Assembly: GCA_963664705.1 (NCBI GenBank)
Contig: OY761556.1
Span: forward strand, 2,592,001 to 2,656,000
Direction: 5' to 3'
DNA from: Acidobacteriota bacterium
Lineage (GTDB): Bacteria; Acidobacteriota; UBA6911
Length of the DNA stretch: 64,000 nt
The notes below the pieces were generated by a model. That model saw nothing but the letters and a program-made list of their open reading frames with translations, did no database searches and was not told where the DNA came from. This document shows positions 28,682 to 38,306 of the stretch, piece after piece. The position numbers and the translations under genes were made by a program. The stretch's first letter is position 1; the number at the start of each line of letters is the position of its first letter.

Positions 28682-30034
28682 ATGGAGTCTGAAATGGGAA
28701 TATCCCGGATTGTTATTCTGGCAGTTCTGTTTGCTTCACTTCCATCTGGAGCTTTTGCGCAATCCTCCTCCTTTTTCAAAGCCGGAGCAGCCAAACTGGA
28801 CATAACCCCGGCGCAATTGCCCAAAAATCTCGAAGGAATTCTCGATCACATATTTGCCCGGGCGATTGTAATCGATAACGGCAAAACCACCGCAGCCCTG
28901 GTCTCTGCGGATACCGGTATGCTCGGAGAACAGCTGTTCCAGACGGTATCGCAGAGAATGGAAAAGGAATTAGGAATTCCCGCTCAAAACCTGATCATGG
29001 GTCCGACCCACACCCATAGCGCGTTTGGGGCAACCGCCGAACAGATATTTGGTGTTATAAAGGCGGCCAAGGGGAAGCTTCAGCCTGCTCGTATCGGCTA
29101 TGGGACCGGTGTTTCCTACATCAATATCAACCGCAACATCATCGACCGCAAAACGAACAGATGGTGGGAAGGCCCCAACTATGATGGCCCATCTGACAAG
29201 ACCGTTGCAGTGATCAAGCTCGAAACCGCGGAAGGCGAGCCAATGGCGGTTTACTATAACTACGCCTGCCACGCCGTGGTTACCGGCAACACGGATCTGC
29301 TCAGCGGCGATTATCCCGGCGCAGCGTCCCGATATATCGAAGATTCCTTCGACGACAAAATCGTGGCGCTGTTTTCTGCAGGAGCACAGGGCGATCAGAA
29401 TCCGATTTTTTTCCAGCAGACATTTGACCTGAGGGATATACGCATCAAAGACTATGCAAAACGCGGCCAAGACATCAGCAATGCCATGCCTCCCGGAGGA
29501 CAGGGGTTGAATAAGCAGGATCCCACGGTCAGGAAACTGCTGGATCAACAGAAGCAGATGATCCTCACAATGGGTCAGATGCTCGGCGAAGAGGTAAAGC
29601 GGGTCATGCGCGAGATGGCTCCGATTCGAATGGCAACAGCCGGCAGAATATTTGCCGCTCAAAAAATGATCAACTTCCCGGGCCGCGACAGGATAGGCCA
29701 GGGACGCGCGGGCGTGGAAGGTCAATACAAAGACGGAGCCGATGTCAATCTCAGGCTAAGTCTTCTGATAATCGACAACATTGCGGTCGTGGGTTGTGAC
29801 GCGGAGATCTACAACATGATTGCCGTTAGATTTAAGCGGGAATCGCCCATAGGCCGATCCGTTTTTGTATCGATGGCGAATGGCAGCGGCAATTCCGGAT
29901 ACATCCCGGATGAATCGTCCTTTGGACAGCAGACTTTTGAGGTTCTGTCGTCGCGCTGCAAACCCGGTTACGCCGAAAGCGCCATTGTCAATGGCCTCCT
30001 GGATTTGATCGCGGGCGCCAGCCAAATTCAATGA
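28682..30034 (+). CDS. Exported neutral/alkaline ceramidase-like hydrolase
   Basis: Signal peptide; GAAKLDITP, FARAIV, THTHSA, NYACHAV, SGDYPG, GAQGDQNP, GYIPD. Confidence 0.8.
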   Translation: MESEMGISRIVILAVLFASLPSGAFAQSSSFFKAGAAKLDITPAQLPKNLEGILDHIFARAIVIDNGKTTAALVSADTGMLGEQLFQTVSQRMEKELGIPAQNLIMGPTHTHSAFGATAEQIFGVIKAAKGKLQPARIGYGTGVSYININRNIIDRKTNRWWEGPNYDGPSDKTVAVIKLETAEGEPMAVYYNYACHAVVTGNTDLLSGDYPGAASRYIEDSFDDKIVALFSAGAQGDQNPIFFQQTFDLRDIRIKDYAKRGQDISNAMPPGGQGLNKQDPTVRKLLDQQKQMILTMGQMLGEEVKRVMREMAPIRMATAGRIFAAQKMINFPGRDRIGQGRAGVEGQYKDGADVNLRLSLLIIDNIAVVGCDAEIYNMIAVRFKRESPIGRSVFVSMANGSGNSGYIPDESSFGQQTFEVLSSRCKPGYAESAIVNGLLDLIAGASQIQ

Positions 30035-30075
30035 AACGCAACATGTACGTGCCTTGTAGCTGATATGAGTTTGCG

Positions 30076-31056
30076 ATGGTGGTTGGAATGAATCCTCTGA
30101 TTTTCGCGGGAATTGGGGAAGTTCTCTTCGATGTTTTCGAGGATGGAACCGAAACCCTGGGCGGCGCCCCCCTGAACGTTGCTGTTCATGCGCATCAATT
30201 AGCCCATCAGCTTGGCATTGGGCATGGATGCATCGTAAGTTGCATAGACGCCGACGCTCGGGGATATAGGATTATTGACTCTCTTGACAGGATTGGAATA
30301 TCGACTCGCTATATCGGCAGGGATCGCTGCCACCCGACAGGATCCGTGTCGATTTTTATGAATAACGGAGAGCCTGGCTATCAAATTGAGTCGGGAGCAG
30401 CTTGGGACTACATAAAGCATGGCACCCCCCTCAGGCAATTGGCGGGTCAGTGCGCAGCCGTGTGTTTCGGAAGCCTGGCACAGCGGTCACCGGTATCCCG
30501 CGATACGATAAGAGCCTTTCTGCAGAATGCCCCGCAATCTATTCGCCTCTATGACGTCAATTTGAGAAAAAATACGCTGACGGGCGAATGCGGATATTCG
30601 CCGGAAATCATTGCTTACAGTTGTGCGGCAGCCACGATAATCAAAGCAAACCAGGCTGAATTATTCGAAGTTTTGGATCTATTGAAAATTTCGTGTCCCA
30701 TCGACCAGACTATTGACGGAATCCGCCGTGGCATGGAAGCGCTCCTGGCACGCTTCCCTGCTCAAGCCGTCGTTGTCACGCGAGGGGCCGAGGGTACCAT
30801 TGTCCTGACACGAGGCGGCGAATTTGATCTGAGCGCTCCGGCGACAACTGCGGCCACGCCTTACCCGGTGGGTGCCGGAGACGCCTGTTCGGCGGGCATC
30901 CTGTTTGGGACAGTCCTGGGTTGGAGTATCCATGCAACCATGGAACTAGCCAATCGAATGGGAGCCGATGTCGCGGCACATCCATCGGCCACGCCTCCGC
31001 TGTCAAACCCAACGCTCACTTATGCCCAAACAGAATTGTCCGATACTTATGGCTAG
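30076..31056 (+). CDS. PfkB-family sugar kinase (probable fructokinase)
   Basis: GIGEVLFD, GGAPLNVA, FGSLAQR, DVNLR, VGAGDA. Confidence 0.9.
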   Translation: MVVGMNPLIFAGIGEVLFDVFEDGTETLGGAPLNVAVHAHQLAHQLGIGHGCIVSCIDADARGYRIIDSLDRIGISTRYIGRDRCHPTGSVSIFMNNGEPGYQIESGAAWDYIKHGTPLRQLAGQCAAVCFGSLAQRSPVSRDTIRAFLQNAPQSIRLYDVNLRKNTLTGECGYSPEIIAYSCAAATIIKANQAELFEVLDLLKISCPIDQTIDGIRRGMEALLARFPAQAVVVTRGAEGTIVLTRGGEFDLSAPATTAATPYPVGAGDACSAGILFGTVLGWSIHATMELANRMGADVAAHPSATPPLSNPTLTYAQTELSDTYG

Positions 31057-31328
31057 CTTCAATCTTTGTCACATATCCGTAGACGATATTGCGCTGCATT
31101 CCCCTTTTTTCTGCCCGCCACGAGGTATATGCGGCCTCTTGAACATCAGCGAGTAAACGCTTGCCTGGCTGCGCCTTGGCCTGCACAATAGCAATCCGCA
31201 ATGGCAGTTCCTCGATCTTATGCTTTTGCTATACTCCTGCATGACATACATGCTATATACATACGCGGAATCGAGCCAATTCTCCGATTCACAGATCAAT
31301 TGGATTTGGCATGCAACTATGCTTATCG

Positions 31329-31342
31329 GGTAATCGTTTACC
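31329..31342. promoter_or_regulatory. Putative LacI-family operator upstream of the arabinose operon
   Basis: GGTAATCGTTTACC, a near-palindrome with central CG. Confidence 0.5.
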
Positions 31343-31442
31343 GGAACGGTTCAGAATAATTCAAAGACTTAACCATGAATACCCTGCCAGCCGCTTCCGG
31401 ACCGTCCGTCGTACCAAACAAAACAGGGATGGAGTATATCCT

Positions 31443-32582
31443 ATGAGAAAACCCATCGCATTCTGGCTATTGGTATTTTTGGCATTCTCACTTACAGCCG
31501 CAACCACAAGCGGAAGGGATCAACAGACCATGTCCCCTACCATTTTCGGAAAACTTCAGGATGGCCGTGAAGTTCACAAATATACGCTGACCAATAAAGC
31601 CGGAGCTTCGGCCGAAATCATCGATTACGGAGCCATCCTTGTTTCTCTCCGCGTTCCAGACAGGCATGGCAAACTCGGAGATGTGGTTTTGGGCTATGAC
31701 AATGTTCAGGCATACGCGAACGGCACAGCCTATTTTGGCGCGATTGTTGGGCGATACGGAAATCGCATCGGGAAAGGCAAATTCAAGCTGGATGGGAAAG
31801 AGTATCAGCTAACCATTAACGATGGGGCCAATCACCTTCACGGCGGCAAAATAGGTTTCAGCAAAGTTTTGTGGGAAGTAAAATCCTTTGCAAATTCCAG
31901 CGAACCGTCACTCGCATTGCAGTATGTCAGCCGCGATGGTGAGGAGGGGTATCCCGGGACCGTGGTCCTGAAGGTGAAATATACTTTGACGGATAAGAAC
32001 GAATTGCGGCTGGATTATGAAGGCACTACCGATCGGCCGACAGTCTTGAACCCGACGCATCACTCTTACTTCAATCTTTCGGGAGATTTCACAAAAACGA
32101 TTCTTGATCATCAACTGATGATTGAAGCCGATACCATGACGCCTGTCGACAACGGCCTTATCCCGACAGGTCAGATTGTCAGGGTCGACAATACACCGTT
32201 TGATTTTCGCGCTGCTACCGCCATTGGGGCTCGTATCAACGCCACCAATGAGCAGCTGACATTTGGCAAAGGCTATGATCACAATTGGGTTTTGCGGAGT
32301 AGCGGAGCCAAGCTTGCAAAAGCGGCGGAACTCTATGACCCAACCTCGGGTCGATTGATGACGGTTTTGACCGATCAGCCCGGGCTTCAGTTCTATTCCG
32401 GCAACTTCCTCGATGGATCGGCCAAAGGGAAAAACGGTATTGCCTACCAGCGCAGGACAGGGCTCTGCCTGGAAACCCAGGCTTTCCCAGATACGCCCAA
32501 CAAGGCTCAATTCCCAAGCGTCACGCTGAGACCGGGAAAAACCTATCACCAAACAACTATTTATCAATTCACTACCAGATAG
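31443..32582 (+). CDS. galM: Aldose 1-epimerase (mutarotase) with signal peptide
   Basis: GRYGNRI, NHLHGG, EEGYPG, NPTHHSYFNLSG, GYDHN, QFYSGN, CLETQ. Confidence 0.93.
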   Translation: MRKPIAFWLLVFLAFSLTAATTSGRDQQTMSPTIFGKLQDGREVHKYTLTNKAGASAEIIDYGAILVSLRVPDRHGKLGDVVLGYDNVQAYANGTAYFGAIVGRYGNRIGKGKFKLDGKEYQLTINDGANHLHGGKIGFSKVLWEVKSFANSSEPSLALQYVSRDGEEGYPGTVVLKVKYTLTDKNELRLDYEGTTDRPTVLNPTHHSYFNLSGDFTKTILDHQLMIEADTMTPVDNGLIPTGQIVRVDNTPFDFRAATAIGARINATNEQLTFGKGYDHNWVLRSSGAKLAKAAELYDPTSGRLMTVLTDQPGLQFYSGNFLDGSAKGKNGIAYQRRTGLCLETQAFPDTPNKAQFPSVTLRPGKTYHQTTIYQFTTR

Positions 32583-32603
32583 CGCCTAAGGAGACATACC
32601 TTC

Positions 32604-34358
32604 ATGAACGTATTAAGTCCTCTCGATTGGATTGTCATCCTGGCCTATTTTGCGCTTATTGCAGGAATTTGCGTCTGGGTTGCAAAAAAGCAGAAGAAAA
32701 CTTCAGAAAGCTACTTTCTTGCAGGAAGAGAGCTCGGCTGGTTTGTAATAGGCGCTTCGATCTTTGCTTCCAATATCGGGTCGGAGCATCTGGTAGGATT
32801 GGCGGGATCCGGTGCAACAGATGGTGTGGCGATGGCCCACTACGAACTGCACGCATGGTGCCTGCTGGTTCTGGCGTGGATCATGGTCCCGTTCTACATG
32901 CGATCGAAAGTTTTCACCATGCCGGAGTTCCTGGAAAAACGGTTTTCCCCAGCTGCGCGGACCGTGCTTTCCGTCATTTCCTTGGTAGCATATATTCTGA
33001 CGAAAATTGCTGTGGGGATATTTGCCGGCGGCGTGGTATTTGCTGTTTTGCTTCCGGAAATGAACGTTTGGGGGTTGGATAGTTTCTGGATCGGATCCCT
33101 GTTGGTTGTATTGATCACGGGACTTTATACAATCGTCGGCGGCATGAGTGCTGTCGCTTATACCGAAGCGATGCAGACGATTGTTTTCATCATCGGGTCA
33201 GGGTTGGTCACGTTTTTTGGCTTGGAAGCTATCGGCGGTTGGTCCGGGCTGAGAGCTATCGTTCCACCGGAAATGTTCAACCTTTGGAAACCGCTGGTGC
33301 CGGCAGGGCTTCATGGCACATGGGCTCCAGTGCGCGATGCACACCAGATGGCCTGGTACTTCAATAACAATTATCCCTGGCTCGGAATGCTTGTCTGTGC
33401 GCCGGTCATCGGCTTATGGTACTGGTGCACGGACCAGTATATTGTGCAGAGAACTCTGACTGCGCCAAATGAAACCGAAGCGCGGCGCGGTTCCATTGCC
33501 GCTGGTTTTTTCAAGCTTCTTCCGGTTTTTATCTTCATTGTGCCGGGAATCATCTGCTATGCGCTCGCGGTATCCGGCAAGATTCCTTTGTTTCATAAAC
33601 TCCTGGTTGGGCCCGATGGCAACATCATCCGAGATAATGCGCAACAGGCATTTCCGCTGATGGTGGCACATCTCCTGCCAGTGGGAATCCGCGGCCTTGT
33701 TGTTGCCGGGCTGCTGGCGGCGCTCATGAGCTCTCTGGCAGGCGCATTCAATGCTTGTGCCACTCTGTTTACAATTGATTTTTACGGACGGCTGCGCCAA
33801 AACGTTACTCAGGAACGGTTGGTTTGGGTAGGTAGAGTTGCAACCGCCGTCATGGTTCTCATTGCCGTCTGCTGGATACCCGTGATTCGCGGTGGCCGCG
33901 GTCTCTACGATTATCTCCAGGGCGTTCAGTCGTATCTGGCGCCACCGATATTTGTAGTCTTTTTCCTGGGCGTTTTCTACAAACGGTTGAATGCAAAGGG
34001 ATGCCTTTGGGCATTGAACACCGGTTTTTTTCTTGGAATTATCCGGCTGGCCATCGACACACCTGTAAAAATGATCCAGGGCTTTCAGTATCCGGAAGGT
34101 TCATTCCTGTGGATCGTCAATAACATCTTCTTCCAGTACTACAGTATGATCATCCTGGCTGTTTCTGCCGTGGTGATGATAGTAGTCAGCCATATGAGCG
34201 CCGCACCCGATTATGCAAAAATCAGCGGTCTGACTTATGCCACGCGTACTGAAAAAGACAAGGCGATTTCCAGGGCAAGCTGGACGCCAATCGATGTAAT
34301 CCTCTCGCTTGTCGTTATTGGCCTGATCTTGGCCGCATACCTGTATTTTGTCGGATAG
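32604..34358 (+). CDS. Sodium:solute (sugar) symporter
   Basis: YFLAGR, SNIGSEHLVGLAG, TMPEFLEKRF, WYWCTDQYIVQR. Confidence 0.93.
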   Translation: MNVLSPLDWIVILAYFALIAGICVWVAKKQKKTSESYFLAGRELGWFVIGASIFASNIGSEHLVGLAGSGATDGVAMAHYELHAWCLLVLAWIMVPFYMRSKVFTMPEFLEKRFSPAARTVLSVISLVAYILTKIAVGIFAGGVVFAVLLPEMNVWGLDSFWIGSLLVVLITGLYTIVGGMSAVAYTEAMQTIVFIIGSGLVTFFGLEAIGGWSGLRAIVPPEMFNLWKPLVPAGLHGTWAPVRDAHQMAWYFNNNYPWLGMLVCAPVIGLWYWCTDQYIVQRTLTAPNETEARRGSIAAGFFKLLPVFIFIVPGIICYALAVSGKIPLFHKLLVGPDGNIIRDNAQQAFPLMVAHLLPVGIRGLVVAGLLAALMSSLAGAFNACATLFTIDFYGRLRQNVTQERLVWVGRVATAVMVLIAVCWIPVIRGGRGLYDYLQGVQSYLAPPIFVVFFLGVFYKRLNAKGCLWALNTGFFLGIIRLAIDTPVKMIQGFQYPEGSFLWIVNNIFFQYYSMIILAVSAVVMIVVSHMSAAPDYAKISGLTYATRTEKDKAISRASWTPIDVILSLVVIGLILAAYLYFVG

Positions 34359-34368
34359 GAGAACATCG

Positions 34369-36072
34369 ATGCCACACTATGTTATCGGCCTTGATTACGG
34401 CACGAATAGCTGTCGGTCTCTTGTTGTGGAAGTGGAATCCGGGAGAGAGTTGGCCAGCAGTGTATTCCCCTATCCTTCGGGGACAGAGGGTGTCATTCTT
34501 AATCCGTCAGATCCCAACATGGCTCGGCAGAACCCGGCGGATTATCTCCTTGGAATTGAAAGGACGATCCGGCAGGGACTTGAAAAAGCAAAGAATGCCG
34601 ATCCGGAGTTCAGTCCCGATTGCGTGATTGGCATCGGGGTGGACACAACCGGAAGCAGCCCGATGCCGGTGGACAACCAAGGTCAGCCCCTTTCCTTACA
34701 CGAGCAGTTCAAAGATGATCCGGCTGCAATGGTATGGCTCTGGAAAGACCACACAAGCTATCGTGAAGCAGCCCAGATCACGCAGTTGGCGGCTGATCTC
34801 CGGCCCGAATATCTTTCGAAAATCGGCGGGACCTATTCGTCGGAATGGTGGTGGAGCAAAATACTCCATTGCAAAAACACCGCCGGGCATGTGTTTAATG
34901 CGGCCGCAAGCTGGGTGGAGATCTGCGACTGGATTCCTGCAGTCTTAACGGGGCAGACGAATCCTGGTACGCTGCGGCGCAGCATCTGTGCAGCCGGACA
35001 CAAGGCCATGTTCAACCCATCATGGGATGGACTCCCGGACAGAGAATTTCTTGATAAGCTTTCGCCCGGGCTGGGCTCTCTGCGAGAGCGGCTTTATAGC
35101 AAAGCGTACACCGCGGACTGCCGGGCAGGCACATTATCATCCGAATGGGCCGCAAAACTGGGACTCCCCTCTACGGTTGTTGTTGCCGTAGGCGCTTTCG
35201 ATGCACATATGGGAGCGATCGGTGCCGGCATCGCACCTGGAACTCTCGTTAAGATTATCGGAACCAGCACGTGCGACATCATGATTCATCCCAACAATCT
35301 TCCCCTTCGGGATATCCCGGGAGTTTGCGGAATTGTTGACGGTTCCGTTACATCGGGCTTCTATGGTATTGAGGCGGGCCAATCCGCCGTTGGCGATATC
35401 TTTCTCTGGTTCGTTAATACGTTGGTATCCGAGAAATACGGCCGGACCGTGGAACAGCAGTTTGCCTCTCTCGAGAGCGCGGCAGCGGAGCTTCTGCCGG
35501 GTGAAAGCGGATTGCTGTCTCTCGACTGGAACAATGGGAATCGAACAATCCTGGTCGATGTGCGGCTGGCAGGATTGCTTGTCGGGCAGACGCTGCACAC
35601 GCAGCCGCACGAAATCTACCGCGCACTGATGGAGGCAACGGGGTTTGGCGCTCTCGCGATTATCGACCGGATCGAAGAATATGGGGTTCCGGTCAAAGAA
35701 GTAGTCAATTGCGGCGGCCTGGCCGCTAAAAATCCATTGCTGATGCAGATTTATGCGGATATAACAGGGCGGCCCATGAAAGTAAGCCGGAGCGAACAGA
35801 CGCCGGCTTTGGGTGCGGCTATTTTCGCCGCTGTGGCCGCCGGCGAAACTGCCGGAGGATATCCCTCGGTGGCGTCGGCTCAAACACGCATGGTTGGGAT
35901 TGGCACGGAATACCATCCGGTTGAATCCAATCATCAAACCTATAGAAGATTATATGCCTTGTACCGGCAGTTGCATGATGCTTTCGGGACAGCGCAGTGG
36001 TCGGGACAGATGCACAATCTGATGAAGCAATTGCTGGATATCCGGGATGCGGTCAGGAGTTCGGGGCAATGA
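34369..36072 (+). CDS. araB: Ribulokinase
   Basis: IGLDYGTNSCR, GVDTTGS, LWKDHT, YSSEW, AAGHKA, GTSTCD, EAGQSAVGD, DWNNGNR. Confidence 0.95.
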   Translation: MPHYVIGLDYGTNSCRSLVVEVESGRELASSVFPYPSGTEGVILNPSDPNMARQNPADYLLGIERTIRQGLEKAKNADPEFSPDCVIGIGVDTTGSSPMPVDNQGQPLSLHEQFKDDPAAMVWLWKDHTSYREAAQITQLAADLRPEYLSKIGGTYSSEWWWSKILHCKNTAGHVFNAAASWVEICDWIPAVLTGQTNPGTLRRSICAAGHKAMFNPSWDGLPDREFLDKLSPGLGSLRERLYSKAYTADCRAGTLSSEWAAKLGLPSTVVVAVGAFDAHMGAIGAGIAPGTLVKIIGTSTCDIMIHPNNLPLRDIPGVCGIVDGSVTSGFYGIEAGQSAVGDIFLWFVNTLVSEKYGRTVEQQFASLESAAAELLPGESGLLSLDWNNGNRTILVDVRLAGLLVGQTLHTQPHEIYRALMEATGFGALAIIDRIEEYGVPVKEVVNCGGLAAKNPLLMQIYADITGRPMKVSRSEQTPALGAAIFAAVAAGETAGGYPSVASAQTRMVGIGTEYHPVESNHQTYRRLYALYRQLHDAFGTAQWSGQMHNLMKQLLDIRDAVRSSGQ

Positions 36073-36764
36073 CGGAGAAGCTCAAGGAAGAGGTCTTTCA
36101 AGCCAATCTACTGCTGATGCGCTACGGACTGGTAACTCTAACGTGGGGCAATGTAAGTGGAATTGACAGATCCGTCCCCTGCGTTGTCATCAAACCCAGT
36201 GGCGTTGAATACGAATCGATGAGCGCTCGTGACATGGTGGTTGTTGATCTCGAGGGTAACATTCTGGAGGGGAATCTTCGACCTTCTTCCGACACGGCAA
36301 CCCATCTGGAGCTTTATCGGTCTTTTCCCGAGATTGGGGGTATTGTCCATACCCACAGCACCTATGCAACCATGTACGCGCAAGCTTGCAGTGAGATTCC
36401 CTGTTTTGGAACCACGCATGCCGACCACTTCCGCGGGCCTGTTCCTGTCACGCGATTTTTGACGGAAGCTGAAGTACAGTCCGGGTATGAACGTCACACA
36501 GGCTCCGTTATTATCGAGCGGTTCAGCGGGCTGAATCCTGCCGATATGCCGGCCGTTCTGGTTGCAGGACATGCTCCTTTTGCCTGGGGAAAGAGTGCTG
36601 CAGATGCTGTGAATAACAGTCTGATTCTCGAGCGCGTTGCCCAGATGGCTTTGGGGTCCATTCAATTGCGCGCCGAACTCGGCGCATTGCCTTCATACAT
36701 TCAGGAAAAGCACTATCAACGTAAACACGGACCGCGGGCATATTACGGTCAGAAAAAACCATGA
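36069..36764 (+). CDS. araD: L-ribulose-5-phosphate 4-epimerase
   Basis: TWGNVS, IKPSGV, PSSDT, HTHS, GTTHADHF, HYQRKHG..AYYGQ. Confidence 0.95.
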   Translation: MTEKLKEEVFQANLLLMRYGLVTLTWGNVSGIDRSVPCVVIKPSGVEYESMSARDMVVVDLEGNILEGNLRPSSDTATHLELYRSFPEIGGIVHTHSTYATMYAQACSEIPCFGTTHADHFRGPVPVTRFLTEAEVQSGYERHTGSVIIERFSGLNPADMPAVLVAGHAPFAWGKSAADAVNNSLILERVAQMALGSIQLRAELGALPSYIQEKHYQRKHGPRAYYGQKKP

Positions 36765-36777
36765 GGTCAGTATTTCA

Positions 36778-38256
36778 ATGCAAAACATTCCAGACGTAAA
36801 GCTAGGTATCGTTGCCGTAAGCCGTGATTGTTTTCCTATTGAGCTTTCCCACAAGCGGCGCAACAAGGTTGCTGCGGCTTGCAGCGCGATTCAGGTTCCG
36901 GTCATTGAAATTGAAACGATTATTGAGAACGAGCGCGATGTGTTGAAAGCGCTTGATGAAGCCAGGCAGAAGGGAGTCAATGCTCTCGCCATCTACCTTG
37001 GTAATTTCGGGCCGGAGGGACCGACCACTTTATTGGCGCAGAAATTTGCCGGCCCTGTCATGTTTGTTGCTGCCGCCGAGGATTCCGGAAAAGACATGGT
37101 GAACGGTCGTGGGGATGCATATTGCGGCCTCTTGAGCGCTTCCTACAATTTCGGACTGCGAAGGCTTCGGCCGCATGTTCCGGAATACCCGATAGGGGAT
37201 GCTCAAGACATTGCCGCAATGCTTGCCGACTTCATCCCGGTCGCGCGCATTGTTCTGGGAGTACAAAATCTGAAGATCATTTCCTTCGGCCCGCGGCCTT
37301 TTGACTTTGTGACGTGTCATGCTCCCATTCAGCCTCTGTATGATCTCGGTGTTGAGATCATGGAAAACAGTGAGCTGGATTTGTACGACATTGTTCAGGC
37401 CGAAAAAGGAAATCCGGAAATCCACCGTATTACTGAACAGATGGCGTCAGAATTGGGGAAAGGCAATACCTACCCCGATTTGATGGAAAAACTCGCCCGT
37501 TATGAATTCGCCCTGGAAAAATTCATGCAGGCCAATCTTGGTGCATCGCAATACGCTGCGTTCGCCAATAAGTGCTGGCCTGCTTTCGAGAAATACTTCG
37601 GACATGTGCCCTGCTATCTGAATTCGCGTCTGGCTGCGAAAGGAATTCCATCCGCCTGCGAGGCCGATATATACGGCGCGTTGAGCGAATATATGGTCGT
37701 CTGCGCCACCGGGCTTCCTCCTGCAATTCTCGATATAAACAACTCCGTTCCAAAGGATATGTATGCCGAATGCAAAAAGGAAATCGGCGACTATGCGCTG
37801 AGCGATCTTTGGATGGGTTTTCACTGCGGCAACACTTCCGCGGCATGCCTGATGCAACCATCGATCCAATATCAACTTATTATGCATCGACTGATGGAAC
37901 CGGAACAGACTCCGAATATCACGCGTGGAACTCTCGAGGGACGCATTAAGTCTGGTCCAATCTCGATTTTCCGCATACAGTCAACCGCCGAAGCTCAGAT
38001 CCGCGCCTATGTTGCAAACGGCGAGGTTCTCAATGTAGATCCGAAATCTTTTGGATCCATCGGAGTCTTTGCGATCAAGGAAATGGGACGATTCTATCGT
38101 CATGTTTTGATTGAAAAGCGCTTCCCTCATCATACCGCCATTGCGTTCAGCCATGCAGGAAAGGCCTTATTCTCCGCGAGCCGAATGCTGGGTGTTGATG
38201 ATGTATTCTTCAATCATCCCCGAGGCGTTTATTACCCGACCGAAAATCCCTTCTAG
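36778..38256 (+). CDS. L-fucose/L-arabinose isomerase-family protein (probable alternative L-arabinose isomerase)
   Basis: VSRDCFP, GNFGPE, RGDAYCG, KCWP, CEADIYG, FHCGN, FPHH; follows araB-araD. Confidence 0.85.
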   Translation: MQNIPDVKLGIVAVSRDCFPIELSHKRRNKVAAACSAIQVPVIEIETIIENERDVLKALDEARQKGVNALAIYLGNFGPEGPTTLLAQKFAGPVMFVAAAEDSGKDMVNGRGDAYCGLLSASYNFGLRRLRPHVPEYPIGDAQDIAAMLADFIPVARIVLGVQNLKIISFGPRPFDFVTCHAPIQPLYDLGVEIMENSELDLYDIVQAEKGNPEIHRITEQMASELGKGNTYPDLMEKLARYEFALEKFMQANLGASQYAAFANKCWPAFEKYFGHVPCYLNSRLAAKGIPSACEADIYGALSEYMVVCATGLPPAILDINNSVPKDMYAECKKEIGDYALSDLWMGFHCGNTSAACLMQPSIQYQLIMHRLMEPEQTPNITRGTLEGRIKSGPISIFRIQSTAEAQIRAYVANGEVLNVDPKSFGSIGVFAIKEMGRFYRHVLIEKRFPHHTAIAFSHAGKALFSASRMLGVDDVFFNHPRGVYYPTENPF

Positions 38257-38306
38257 TTGTTTCATGGGGTCACACAGTCTTCACCAGGGGTGAAGACTGT
38301 GTGACC

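Noticed and set aside
31307-31324. Sigma54 promoter TTGGCATGCAACTATGCT
   Set aside because: GG-to-GC spacing is 11 nt rather than the required 10.
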